A DNA stretch of 36,238 bases from Candidatus Hydrothermarchaeota archaeon (GTDB lineage: Archaea; Hydrothermarchaeota; Hydrothermarchaeia; Hydrothermarchaeales; CAZSVW01), in contig CAZSVW010000001.1 of NCBI GenBank assembly GCA_964610485.1, positions 1-36,238 on the forward strand, written 5' to 3'. The notes below the pieces were generated by a model, which did no database searches, was not told the DNA's origin, and saw only the letters and a list, made by a program, of their open reading frames with translations. Positions 15,987 to 25,038 of this stretch are shown in pieces; position 1 is the first letter of the stretch, and each line of letters starts with the position of its first letter. Position numbers and translations under genes: made by a program.

Positions 15987-16133
15987 ATGAAGATAAGAGT
16001 AAAAATAAAAGATATGGTAGAAATGTTAATATTCCAAGACTACAAATCTTTTAGCGAAAAGTATCATATTTCCAGCGAAAATATAAAATTAATAATAGAT
16101 GCTCTGTATAACAAAAAATGGAAAGTAGTTTAG
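15987..16133 (+). CDS. Possible small ORF (48 aa), hypothetical
   Basis: ATG 15987 to TAG 16131-16133: MKIRVKIKDMVEMLIFQDYKSFSEKYHISSENIKLIIDALYNKKWKVV. It is preceded by very AT-rich TATA-like sequence, has a weak RBS, and was absent from the ORF track because it is under 60 aa. Confidence 0.25.
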   Translation: MKIRVKIKDMVEMLIFQDYKSFSEKYHISSENIKLIIDALYNKKWKVV

Positions 16134-16513
16134 AGGTATGGTTTAACTATAGACTCTATATGTTCTTTGGGAACCGCTCCAACTATCCTTTGGACTGCTT
16201 TTCCATTTCTAAATAAAATAAGGGTAGGGATACTGAATATTCCAAACTTAGAAGCAGTAATAGGGTTTCTGTCAACGTCCAACTTACCAATCACGATCTT
16301 TCCCCTATATTTCTTTGCGAACTCCTCCAAGATGGGGGCAACTATCTTACACGGTAAGCACCAAGGTGCCCAAAAATCTACGAGCACAAGCTGATACCTA
16401 TTAATGACTTTATCAAAATTTTCATCGCTCAGTATTATTGGCTCATCGGGGAAATGTTCCTTTAACATCTTCTTTAATTTCCTCCTCCTTATTTCCTCTA
16501 ATTCGTCCATCAC
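16130..16513 (-). CDS. trxA: Thioredoxin (active site WCLPC)
   Basis: VLVDFWAPWCLPCKIVAPILEE...FSIPTLILF..G is the thioredoxin fold signature, with Leu where Gly sits in canonical WCGPC. The start overlaps the hsp20 stop (TGATG). Confidence 0.9.
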   Translation of the reverse strand: MMDELEEIRRRKLKKMLKEHFPDEPIILSDENFDKVINRYQLVLVDFWAPWCLPCKIVAPILEEFAKKYRGKIVIGKLDVDRNPITASKFGIFSIPTLILFRNGKAVQRIVGAVPKEHIESIVKPYL

Positions 16514-16824
16514 CTCACCTTTATTTCCTCTCGTTTAACCTTTTTCTTGAGGGTTATCTTTAATATTCCATTCTGATATTTAGCTTTTGCGGAATGTGGT
16601 TCTACTTCATAAGGGAGACTGAATACCTTTCTAAATTTTTTCATTTCTTCTCTTCTATGGAATACCCCAAAGTTAAATTTCTCAACTGATACTTTTGTTA
16701 CTGCTGATATTTCAAGTAATCTGCCCCTCAGATAGATAGATATATCTTCTTTCCTAACAAAAGGCAAATCCACATATATGATTATGCTATCTTCTATCTC
16801 CTCAACATGGGTTAGAGGTTCCAT
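16510..16824 (-). CDS. Hsp20/alpha-crystallin-family small heat shock protein (short form)
   Basis: VDLPFVRKEDISIYL....LEISA ... AKAKYQNGILKITLKK matches the alpha-crystallin domain beta-strands, including the terminal A.y.nGvL.I.lpK motif. Confidence 0.8.
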   Translation of the reverse strand: MEPLTHVEEIEDSIIIYVDLPFVRKEDISIYLRGRLLEISAVTKVSVEKFNFGVFHRREEMKKFRKVFSLPYEVEPHSAKAKYQNGILKITLKKKVKREEIKVR

Positions 16825-16831
16825 CTGCCTA

Positions 16832-17581
16832 TCACCTATACATTACAGTAGAGGTCTCACTTTTCTCCTTCATCTCTTTCAACATTTCTTGTGTTCTTCT
16901 CATTAATTCCTTTGTTTTGAGTCTTATTTCCTCTTCTTTCTCTAAAAGTTTATCTATATTTACCTTTAAACCAAATAATCTATTTATCACCTCTATTGTA
17001 GCAGCTGCTGCTCCGGGGTCGGGGAACTGAAGATATGCCTCGGACATTAGATGGATAGAAGGAATTCCTTTTCTTTTACCTAGTAAAACTACCACTCCGT
17101 TTGGACCTACTAAAAAGCCCTCCTGAAACATGGGCACTCTCTTATCTTTTAATATCTTCTCACATTCGGCAGTGCTTGGAACCGCGTATACATTTGGTCT
17201 CTCTATTTCCATTCTCTCTGGATGAGCTATCCCTCCTATCGAAACAACAAAACTAACATCCTTATTTTTCAACCATTCCAGTATTGTGTTGGCTATTGGT
17301 TTTATTAGGTGGGAAGGAAGCGGTGTTTCGGATACCACACATATAATGCTCTCATTCCCGTACACCCTAATCAGACTTCTCGGACGGTTTTCCCTTACAA
17401 CCACTATCGGAGGAAGTTCTTCACTCTCGATATGAGCTATTTCTCCCAATCCAAGCGTTTCTATCATGTGAGAAACTGCGATTGTACCCACCAACCCCAC
17501 ATCAGGGAAACCTACAATAGCTATTGGCTTATTGAATTTTTTTTGGATGGTTTCTATTAACTCTATATCCCCCATATTCAT
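16832..17581 (-). CDS. PAC2-family proteasome assembly chaperone / activator (PbaA/PbaB-like)
   Basis: PIAIVGFPDVGLVGTIAVSHMIE is a PAC2-type N-terminus. There is a helical C-terminal tail, and the protein ends ...VMYR, a hydrophobic-Tyr-X (HbYX) motif. Confidence 0.8.
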   Translation of the reverse strand: MNMGDIELIETIQKKFNKPIAIVGFPDVGLVGTIAVSHMIETLGLGEIAHIESEELPPIVVVRENRPRSLIRVYGNESIICVVSETPLPSHLIKPIANTILEWLKNKDVSFVVSIGGIAHPERMEIERPNVYAVPSTAECEKILKDKRVPMFQEGFLVGPNGVVVLLGKRKGIPSIHLMSEAYLQFPDPGAAAATIEVINRLFGLKVNIDKLLEKEEEIRLKTKELMRRTQEMLKEMKEKSETSTVMYR

Positions 17582-17687
17582 CGCTCATATTTCTCTCTTT
17601 AAAAATTTAAATGTTTTTGGTGACCTCGAAGTAACTTGGATTAGTGAACGTAAATTTTATATTTGGAAGGGGAAAAAACCATGAAAG

Positions 17688-19577
17688 ATGAAAGTAGGGG
17701 TTTTTCTCTGTACATGTAATGATACTTGCAACATGGATTTCAAAAAAATTAAGAAAGCTATAGAGAGAGAAGTCGAATTTGTTGAAATTCACCGTCAATT
17801 TTGCCAAAAGGATGGATTGGCATACCTGATAGATGGGATAAGGAGAAAGAAACTCGACACCTTGGTTATAACTTGCGATTTAAAACAGGATTTCTTTGAG
17901 GATTTAAACCTAGGGGAGGTAATTACGCTTAACATTAGAGAGCTATGTGGATGGGTTCACAGCAAAAAAGATGCTACCGAAAAGGCTATTTCAATGATAA
18001 AAGAGCGATTATTTATGATAAATGTAGAGAAACCAAAGAGAATAATAAAAGAAACAGGAAACAGGGTACTAATAATAGGAAACTCAAAAAAATCATTTGA
18101 AATAGCAGATGGACTTAAAAATTTTGCAGAAGTAACGTTATTTGTAGATAAAACGCCAGAAATTGAAATCCCCAATGTTAAAACAATTTTTGGAAGTATA
18201 ACCCAAATCAACAGGAGGAGCATAAGATATAGGCCAAACCCTATAGATGAGAAAATTTGCATATTATGCGGTGAATGCAATAAAATTTGTGAAGAGAAAG
18301 CAATAGAATTCAATAAGAGATACTTTATAACTGAAAAATGCACAAAATGTGGAAAATGCATTCAAATATGCCCAACAAATGCTATAAAGTTTGAAAGAAA
18401 CGAAAAAGAACTTAAAACAGATCACATATTAGTAGAAGATGAAATTTCTTCTCCAAAACTTTTTGATTTACTCGCCAAAATCGGAGAGGCTGAGGTCTTT
18501 AAATATATAGACGCTAACTTGGAAAATTGCCCAAGCTTCAAAAGTATGTTGGAAGGGTGCAGCCTCTGCATAGAAGCTTGCCCCAATGATGTAATATATA
18601 GGGATAAAGAAGGAATAAAGTTCGATGACCTCTATTGTACTGGATGTGGCGTTTGCTCTTCTATCTGTCCTCTCTCTCTACTGGAACTAGTGGGAGATCC
18701 CGTCATGGAAAGGTTAAAGATATTACTTGATAACAAACTAGATAAGAAGATCCTCCTTATCTCATGCGATGAAAAAAGGAAAGAACTATATAAAATTGGA
18801 AGAGAAAAAACTAGATATCCCGCATATCTTCCTCTCTTTACAAATTTAGGGAGAATATCTGAGGTAGACTTGCTAGAAGCCTTGCTTTATGGTGCAGACG
18901 GGATAATAATATGGGGTTGCGAAAAATGTTTAGAGGAACTCGACAGAACAAAAAGCTTTGAAATAGCCAATGCGATTCTCCAAAATTTCGGTTTGGAAAG
19001 CAGAATAAGAGTAGTAAAAGATTTCAAAGAAATTAAAGACATAGAATTTACCAAAATTAAACATAAAAAAATTGATCTATCAAATAAGAATAAAAGAGAA
19101 AGGCTCATCATAATAGTAAAAGAATTAATGGATCTATTTAAGAGTAAAAAATTAAAATTTACAGGTGAATATCCATTTGGGGAAGTTAAAATAGGAGAAG
19201 AGTGTACTTTCTGCGATGCTTGCATAAGCATGTGCGCAACGGATGCATTAAAGAAAGAGGGGGATAAGCTAACGTTCTCCTATCCCAAATGCATAGCATG
19301 CACGCTGTGCGAGAAGGCATGTCCAGAAAATGCAATAAAGATAGAAAAGGTCTTAGATGTAGAAAAATTGAGTAATGAGAACTACCTACCGATCTATGAG
19401 GCAGAACTAATAAAATGCAAAAAATGTGGTAAACCATTCACGAGTAAAAAAATATTGGACAAAATACTTGCATTAAAAATAGACATGGACAGAGAATTGC
19501 TCTATTACTGTGAAGATTGTAGGGCTGAGATGGCCGTTAGGAAAATGATAGAAGAAAATGCTCAGCGCAAAATATAA
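17688..19577 (+). CDS. Polyferredoxin-like Fe-S protein with MvhD/FlpD-like modules
   Basis: Five canonical CX2CX2CX3C(P) motifs (CILCGECNKIC, CTKCGKCIQICP, CTGCGVCSSICP, CTFCDACISMC, CIACTLCEKACP) plus one variant (CSLCIEACP). The MvhD-like block is ILLISCDE...LGRISEVDLLEALLYGADGIIIWGCEKC. The C-terminus has CKKCG...YYCEDC. Confidence 0.75.
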   Translation: MKVGVFLCTCNDTCNMDFKKIKKAIEREVEFVEIHRQFCQKDGLAYLIDGIRRKKLDTLVITCDLKQDFFEDLNLGEVITLNIRELCGWVHSKKDATEKAISMIKERLFMINVEKPKRIIKETGNRVLIIGNSKKSFEIADGLKNFAEVTLFVDKTPEIEIPNVKTIFGSITQINRRSIRYRPNPIDEKICILCGECNKICEEKAIEFNKRYFITEKCTKCGKCIQICPTNAIKFERNEKELKTDHILVEDEISSPKLFDLLAKIGEAEVFKYIDANLENCPSFKSMLEGCSLCIEACPNDVIYRDKEGIKFDDLYCTGCGVCSSICPLSLLELVGDPVMERLKILLDNKLDKKILLISCDEKRKELYKIGREKTRYPAYLPLFTNLGRISEVDLLEALLYGADGIIIWGCEKCLEELDRTKSFEIANAILQNFGLESRIRVVKDFKEIKDIEFTKIKHKKIDLSNKNKRERLIIIVKELMDLFKSKKLKFTGEYPFGEVKIGEECTFCDACISMCATDALKKEGDKLTFSYPKCIACTLCEKACPENAIKIEKVLDVEKLSNENYLPIYEAELIKCKKCGKPFTSKKILDKILALKIDMDRELLYYCEDCRAEMAVRKMIEENAQRKI

Positions 19578-20127
19578 AAAGCATTTTCAAAAATTTTTTG
19601 AACCTATTGCTAGGGTATTTATAAAAGTAAATCCAAACGCCATTACATTAATTGGTCTTTTGTGGAGTTTTTTCACCGTTTTAGCTTTTTATATAGAAAA
19701 TTTACGATTAGCTCTTCTTTTTCTACTATTAACTTCTTTTTGCGATGCTTTGGATGGAATGGTAGCTAGGCTCTCTGACAGGGTTACAAAATTTGGGGGA
19801 TATTTGGACTCGGTGCTAGATAGATACTCCGATGGTATGATATTTCTTGGAATAATGGTATACCTCAGAGAAAAATACTTGTTAATATTCCTTGCAATGA
19901 TGGGGAGTTTCATGGTGAGCTATACAAGGGCAAAAGCAGAAACTTGGATCGATAAGTGCGATGTAGGAGTTGCGGAAAGAGGCGAGAGATTGCTCATTTT
20001 AATAATCGCTACCATCTTAGCAAATTTTGGAATTAACATATTTATAGAGGCAATTGCCCTAATAGTGATACTCACCCATATAACTTTCATTCAGCGTATG
20101 CTCTACACGAGAAGATTCATTAAATGA
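19558..20127 (+). CDS. CDP-alcohol phosphatidyltransferase family protein (possibly archaetidylinositol-phosphate synthase type)
   Basis: DALDGMVARLSDRVTKFGGYLDSVLDRYSD fits D-G-x2-A-R-x8-G-x3-D-x3-D. The protein has multiple transmembrane helices and is about 190 aa. Confidence 0.85.
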   Translation: MLSAKYKKHFQKFFEPIARVFIKVNPNAITLIGLLWSFFTVLAFYIENLRLALLFLLLTSFCDALDGMVARLSDRVTKFGGYLDSVLDRYSDGMIFLGIMVYLREKYLLIFLAMMGSFMVSYTRAKAETWIDKCDVGVAERGERLLILIIATILANFGINIFIEAIALIVILTHITFIQRMLYTRRFIK

Positions 20128-20953
20128 GAGTTACAGAATAATGCTTTCCGAAAGGTCTTGAGGAAAAGGGTATTACCTTCGTAAATTCTTTACTCCATAT
20201 AAGCTCTTCTGGAGTATTAAAAAGTTCACAAAATCTATTAATTATAGATTTGAGTATCTCCCTGTCCTCTTTCGTCACCTTGTCTTTCACCGCATATACT
20301 CCGAGCAAATGATTCGGCACTTCCCCTCTTATATAAATTCTTCCACCATGTATTCCCGCAGCCAAATCGCTCTGAACTATGGGGTCTGGCTTGTTCTTTA
20401 TCTTTTTTGGGTCTATATTATCCTTATCTATAGGTTTGCTTTTGTCTATTATGGCATCCTTAAAATCCAGGCCAAGAACAACTATTATCCCCCCTGCCAT
20501 GTATTCACCACAATACTGTTTTACACTACCACCATAGACTATTATTGGTCTTCTATCCTTGTATTCCTTCATATGTATCCCCACTCTGCTCCCTCCGTCC
20601 CCCATCACATATATTGCTCCCCCCCTAGCTCCCATTCCGGTGATATCCCAAGAATCCCCATAAACTATGAGTTCCCCTCCGTTGAGCGTGTTTCCTAAGA
20701 GATACTCCGAGGAACCGTGCACAATTATTCTTTCACCCTCAAAGAAAACTCCTAGGTCAAGACCCGCATCTCCAAATACCTCTATCGTTACTTTATCTTT
20801 TATCCCAGCGCCTATAAATCTCTGACCAGATACATTCTTAAGCACTATCCAATCATACCCTTTCCTTATTGCTTCTCTAATTTTCTTATTTAATTCTCGA
20901 TGATAGAGCTTTACTCCTCTAGGGCATGCATCAATAACTATTTTTTTGACCAT
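20120..20953 (-). CDS. Glutamate synthase GXGXG-domain subunit (archaeal split GOGAT, alpha-subunit C-terminal domain)
   Basis: GQRFIGAG....I.V.GDAG...G.....G.I.V.G repeats are typical of the GltB C-terminal beta-helix. The start overlaps the upstream stop as TAATG. Confidence 0.85.
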   Translation of the reverse strand: MVKKIVIDACPRGVKLYHRELNKKIREAIRKGYDWIVLKNVSGQRFIGAGIKDKVTIEVFGDAGLDLGVFFEGERIIVHGSSEYLLGNTLNGGELIVYGDSWDITGMGARGGAIYVMGDGGSRVGIHMKEYKDRRPIIVYGGSVKQYCGEYMAGGIIVVLGLDFKDAIIDKSKPIDKDNIDPKKIKNKPDPIVQSDLAAGIHGGRIYIRGEVPNHLLGVYAVKDKVTKEDREILKSIINRFCELFNTPEELIWSKEFTKVIPFSSRPFGKHYSVTLI

Positions 20954-22485
20954 TAATGACCACCCAGTCTAATTCTTTCACCTGCATGCTTAACTCCAAG
21001 AATTTGAGCTTCATGAGGATTTGGACCTATATACCTGAGCCTATCCCTGTTTCCGACAAAACTTTCGACAGCATCTATCCCCATGGTCCCAAGAACCTCT
21101 TCTAGATCATGCGTCCATGCCCTGAGCAAATTTGCTACTCTCTGTGCTGCCCAATTTACATCCAACCTTTGAGATAATACGGGGTCTGTTGTAGCTATAC
21201 CCCATGCACATTTTCCAGTTGGACATTGCTGACATACTCTACAACCCATTGCAATTAAGGCCGCAGTACCTATCATGCCCACGTCTGCACCTAGAGCTAT
21301 TATCTTTATTAAATCTGAGGAACTTCTCAAAGTTCCACCAGCTACTATGGTTATCTTGTGTCTTATCCCCTCCTCAGTGAGATGCTGGTCAACTGAAGCA
21401 ACTGCATGCTCTATCGGTATTCCTGCATTGTCCCTTATCACCCTTGGAGCCGCCCCTGTCCCCCCTCGAAAACCGTCTATCGTAATAAAGTCGGCTCCCG
21501 CTCTCACTATACCACTAGCAATGGGTGCAACATTATTTACAGCTGCTATTTTTACCCCAACTGGAATCCTATATTCAGTTGCCTCATGGAGGGCATCTAT
21601 CAATGTTTTGAGGTCTTCTATCGAGTATATGTCGTGCTGAGGATTTGGAGAGAGTGCATCGGTGCCTATCGGTATCCCTCTGGTTTCTGAAATTAGCTTA
21701 TTCACCTTCTCCCCAGGTAATTGTCCCCCATGTCCTGGTTTAGCTCCCTGTCCTATTTTTATTTCTATAGCGGCCACGTTTAGGTAATCTGGTGAAACTC
21801 CGAACCTTCCACTTGCCACTTCTGCTATTATGTTTTTCTTAAATTTATAATGGTTGGGATGTAATCCTCCTTCTCCGGTACCCATTAATGTTCCCACTTC
21901 TGTAACAGCCATCAACATTGCAGTTATCGCATTATAACTCAATGCACCGAGAGACATGTGTTCAATCAATAATGGCGTAGAAAGCATCACACCCGGAGGA
22001 AGGTCCTCTATATCATAACATCCCTCAGCGATTTCTTTAATTTTGATTGTTCTTTTTTTTCTCCCTAAGAACGTTCGCGTCTCTACAGGCTCTCTCAGAG
22101 CATCTATTGCTGGATTCGTTACCTGACATGCATCCCATACCAAATAATCGAACACGCAAGGATACGGCCTATCACATCCAGTTCCGGCGAGCAATACCCT
22201 ACCCGTCCTTGCTTGTTCATCTATTGCTCTAATATGGTAAGGCGTCCATGTCCCATGAGCAGGATAAACTACGGGATAAGGAGTAATAGAAATAGCCCCT
22301 ACCGGGCAGAAAGTAACACATCTTTGACAAGCCACACAATTAGAGGTATCCTTTACAATGGGCTTATTTTGTTCTCTATCATATACTATTGCTCCAAAAG
22401 TACAATTTGTAGCGCATCTACCACACTTAATACACTTATCATAGTCTATTTCTACCTTATATTTAGGGAGTTTCCTATCCATCAT
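20953..22485 (-). CDS. Glutamate synthase FMN/synthase-domain subunit with N-terminal 2x[4Fe-4S] ferredoxin domain
   Basis: N-terminal CIKCGRCATNC and CVACQRCVTFCP. Then GQGAKPGHGGQLPG, DIYSIEDL, ITIDG..GGTGA and GADVGMIGTAAL..GC..C..C..G.C.WGI, the GltB FMN domain with its 3Fe-4S region. Confidence 0.88.
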   Translation of the reverse strand: MMDRKLPKYKVEIDYDKCIKCGRCATNCTFGAIVYDREQNKPIVKDTSNCVACQRCVTFCPVGAISITPYPVVYPAHGTWTPYHIRAIDEQARTGRVLLAGTGCDRPYPCVFDYLVWDACQVTNPAIDALREPVETRTFLGRKKRTIKIKEIAEGCYDIEDLPPGVMLSTPLLIEHMSLGALSYNAITAMLMAVTEVGTLMGTGEGGLHPNHYKFKKNIIAEVASGRFGVSPDYLNVAAIEIKIGQGAKPGHGGQLPGEKVNKLISETRGIPIGTDALSPNPQHDIYSIEDLKTLIDALHEATEYRIPVGVKIAAVNNVAPIASGIVRAGADFITIDGFRGGTGAAPRVIRDNAGIPIEHAVASVDQHLTEEGIRHKITIVAGGTLRSSSDLIKIIALGADVGMIGTAALIAMGCRVCQQCPTGKCAWGIATTDPVLSQRLDVNWAAQRVANLLRAWTHDLEEVLGTMGIDAVESFVGNRDRLRYIGPNPHEAQILGVKHAGERIRLGGH

Positions 22486-23645
22486 TTCAATAACCTCTCA
22501 AGCTCTTCAAGGTCCCTAGATTGTCCATACTTAACAATTCCTTCCTCCGTTGCAATCACTGCACTACCTGGATCTGGCTGCCAGTAGTTCATCGTATCAT
22601 CTACCTCATGAATTGCATTAAGCTCGCTTGCTAAATAGAAAGTAGAACCACTTTCCGAAATTGCGGCTATGAGAGGGCGAAGTTTCTTTCTGTCTGAATG
22701 CCCAATCATTGCAAGTTTGGGATAATCCGTAGTTATAATTATACTAAAAGGCCCATTCGCCATGCCCCTTCTGTGGGTTATTCTAATTGCTGTGAACCAC
22801 TTCCTAAGCTTAGGAGACATCCTATCTATATCTCTCCAGTATGGGGGAGACAAAGCCACACAGGCTATCTGTTGTGAGATGTTTTTTGGATACCCACTTT
22901 TTCTAACAAAAAAATCAAAGAGATATGCTAAAACCTCGGTATCTGTATATAAATCACAAGTATACCCTAATTCCTTGAGATACTCAACATTTGTTCCATA
23001 AGAGGTTATTTCTCCATTATGTACAATTGCGTGTCCTAAAATAGAAAATGGATGGGCACCTCCCCACCATCCGGGAGTATTCGTTGGGAATCTGGAGTGA
23101 GCACTCCACATATAACCTTTAATCTCTTCGATTCTATAGAACTTCGCAATTTCGTAACTCCATCCACTCCCCTTAAATACGGCCATATTTTTACCAGAAC
23201 TTAAACAGAATGCACCATCTATTTTTCTATTAATCTTAAGCACCACATCTTTAATAACATCATCGGGATCTACTTTGTCATCTTTAGGATATACAAAGAA
23301 TCTCCAAACATTCGGATATTCCCTAAAAACATTCTTATTTACTTTAACTTTCTCCTCTTTGAATATCTCAACATGATTTTTAAGAAATTCTTCGACTCTC
23401 TCTTTCGTTGGAGGTAACCCTTCTATTTCCTCCATTATAAGTTGAATGCAATAATAATCTCCAAACTTTGGAAAAAGCCCATATACTGCAAATCCTGCTC
23501 CAAGACCGTTCTCCCTCTCTCGCATCGTACATATCATCTTAACTATCTTCTTTCCACTGACTATTTTCTTATCCAAATTAAAAAACCCAGCTATTCCACA
23601 TGCGCTATTATCTACTTTCCAGAGAGGTTTAGTAAATGAATCCAC
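22482..23645 (-). CDS. Glutamate synthase class-II glutamine amidotransferase-domain subunit
   Basis: The CGIAGF Ntn nucleophile follows a 15-aa leader. Also HSRFPTNT..W..AHPF and VHNGEI. GTG start with GGAGGT 6 nt upstream; ATGA overlap with the FMN subunit gene. Confidence 0.85.
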   Translation of the reverse strand: MDSFTKPLWKVDNSACGIAGFFNLDKKIVSGKKIVKMICTMRERENGLGAGFAVYGLFPKFGDYYCIQLIMEEIEGLPPTKERVEEFLKNHVEIFKEEKVKVNKNVFREYPNVWRFFVYPKDDKVDPDDVIKDVVLKINRKIDGAFCLSSGKNMAVFKGSGWSYEIAKFYRIEEIKGYMWSAHSRFPTNTPGWWGGAHPFSILGHAIVHNGEITSYGTNVEYLKELGYTCDLYTDTEVLAYLFDFFVRKSGYPKNISQQIACVALSPPYWRDIDRMSPKLRKWFTAIRITHRRGMANGPFSIIITTDYPKLAMIGHSDRKKLRPLIAAISESGSTFYLASELNAIHEVDDTMNYWQPDPGSAVIATEEGIVKYGQSRDLEELERLLK

Positions 23646-23649
23646 TCAA

Positions 23650-24957
23650 TTACCTCCGTGTTTTCTCGATTATCTCTCTTATTTCTTCAACTTCTATTTT
23701 CTCAGGCATTGGTAGACCCATTTTCTTTCTAACGCTTATTCTCGTGGGCATCGCATATCCGCTTCTCTCGAAGAGCTTTACCTTATCTCCAACAATCCTA
23801 GGAACTTTTCCTTTTTCGATGGCAAGTTCTCTCAACTTTTTAAACATATCTTTAAGTCCTATGTTACTTGGACAATTAACTTCACATTTGCCGCACTGTA
23901 AGCATCTCCATATATCTTTACTCTCCAAAACTTCGCTCAATTTTCCTTCTAGAAGTTTATTAACAGTTATCAATGGATCAAATGGTTCTTCATCGTTTTT
24001 AGTAACTATAGAGAGAGTACATTCATTACTGCAGGCGCCGCAATGTGCATTCAGCAAACCCAAATCAAAGTATTTTTTCACGATCTCCAACTCATTTTCT
24101 TTTACTTCACTTATACGCTCTAAAATTTTATCTGTACTCGTCATATGCAAATTGAGGTGGAGTTTTTCGGGGGGATATCCAAAAGAAAGGAGCAACAACT
24201 CTGAAAGATGAAGAACAGGGATCTTATATTCTTCTAACTTTGGATTTGGCATATCAAAGCGTAGAAAGCAACCTGGACATGTAGTAACTATACAGTCGGC
24301 TTTTCCTTTTATCTCCCTCAATTTTCTCAGTAGAAGTTCATCTGCACGTCTTGGATCATAAGCTAGGATAGGGACACCGCAACATGTAAATTTTTCTTCA
24401 TAGTCGATGCTCTCTGCTCCGGTGGCTTCTACAAGCTCGTCTAGGCTTCTTGGCTCTTTTCTGTCAACTTCGAGAACGGGTGGAAACACCGCGTGACAAC
24501 CATAATGAACTGCAACTCTCAAACCAGATAAACTTCTTTTTACTCTACTTTTAATTTCTTTGAGATTAGAATGGAGTTCTCCTAACACATGATTTATCTC
24601 CAACTTACCGGTGTATTTTTTTCTCAATAGAGAATTTATTTTTTCACGGATATTGGGTTCTGCTAATTTATCATTAGCCGACTTAAGAGTTACATAACAT
24701 CCATTACAGATCACAAGAAGTTCATTTGCAAGCTCTTCCGCTAATGCGAGATTTCTTGCAGATATACCCAGCGAGGTTTCTTCTCCATATGCGGCCAAAT
24801 AAGTTGGATCTGGACAGCAAGAGGCATTTTTTATCTCAACTAAATTTATATTTAAATTTCTAAACACCTCTCTGGTATCTTCCATCAAATAAGGCAAACT
24901 CTGAATTAAGGTGCATCCCCAGAACACTGGAAGATTTTTCTCTATGTACCTTACCAA
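23650..24957 (-). CDS. HdrB-HdrC-like fusion: two CCG domains followed by a 2x[4Fe-4S] ferredoxin domain
   Basis: CCG domain 1 is WGC-X31-CC-X35-CNGC. CCG domain 2 is YGC...FTCCGVP...CPGC. The C-terminal part has CGACSNEC and CLQCGKCEVNCP. The gene ends 4 nt before the GOGAT amidotransferase gene. Confidence 0.8.
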   Translation of the reverse strand: MVRYIEKNLPVFWGCTLIQSLPYLMEDTREVFRNLNINLVEIKNASCCPDPTYLAAYGEETSLGISARNLALAEELANELLVICNGCYVTLKSANDKLAEPNIREKINSLLRKKYTGKLEINHVLGELHSNLKEIKSRVKRSLSGLRVAVHYGCHAVFPPVLEVDRKEPRSLDELVEATGAESIDYEEKFTCCGVPILAYDPRRADELLLRKLREIKGKADCIVTTCPGCFLRFDMPNPKLEEYKIPVLHLSELLLLSFGYPPEKLHLNLHMTSTDKILERISEVKENELEIVKKYFDLGLLNAHCGACSNECTLSIVTKNDEEPFDPLITVNKLLEGKLSEVLESKDIWRCLQCGKCEVNCPSNIGLKDMFKKLRELAIEKGKVPRIVGDKVKLFERSGYAMPTRISVRKKMGLPMPEKIEVEEIREIIEKTRR

Positions 24958-25038
24958 TTTTTATCCTCTCCAATGCTCTGTTTCAAAAAGATACTTTAAT
25001 ATCTTATACATAAATTTTTTGAATGTTTTCAGAAAGGA

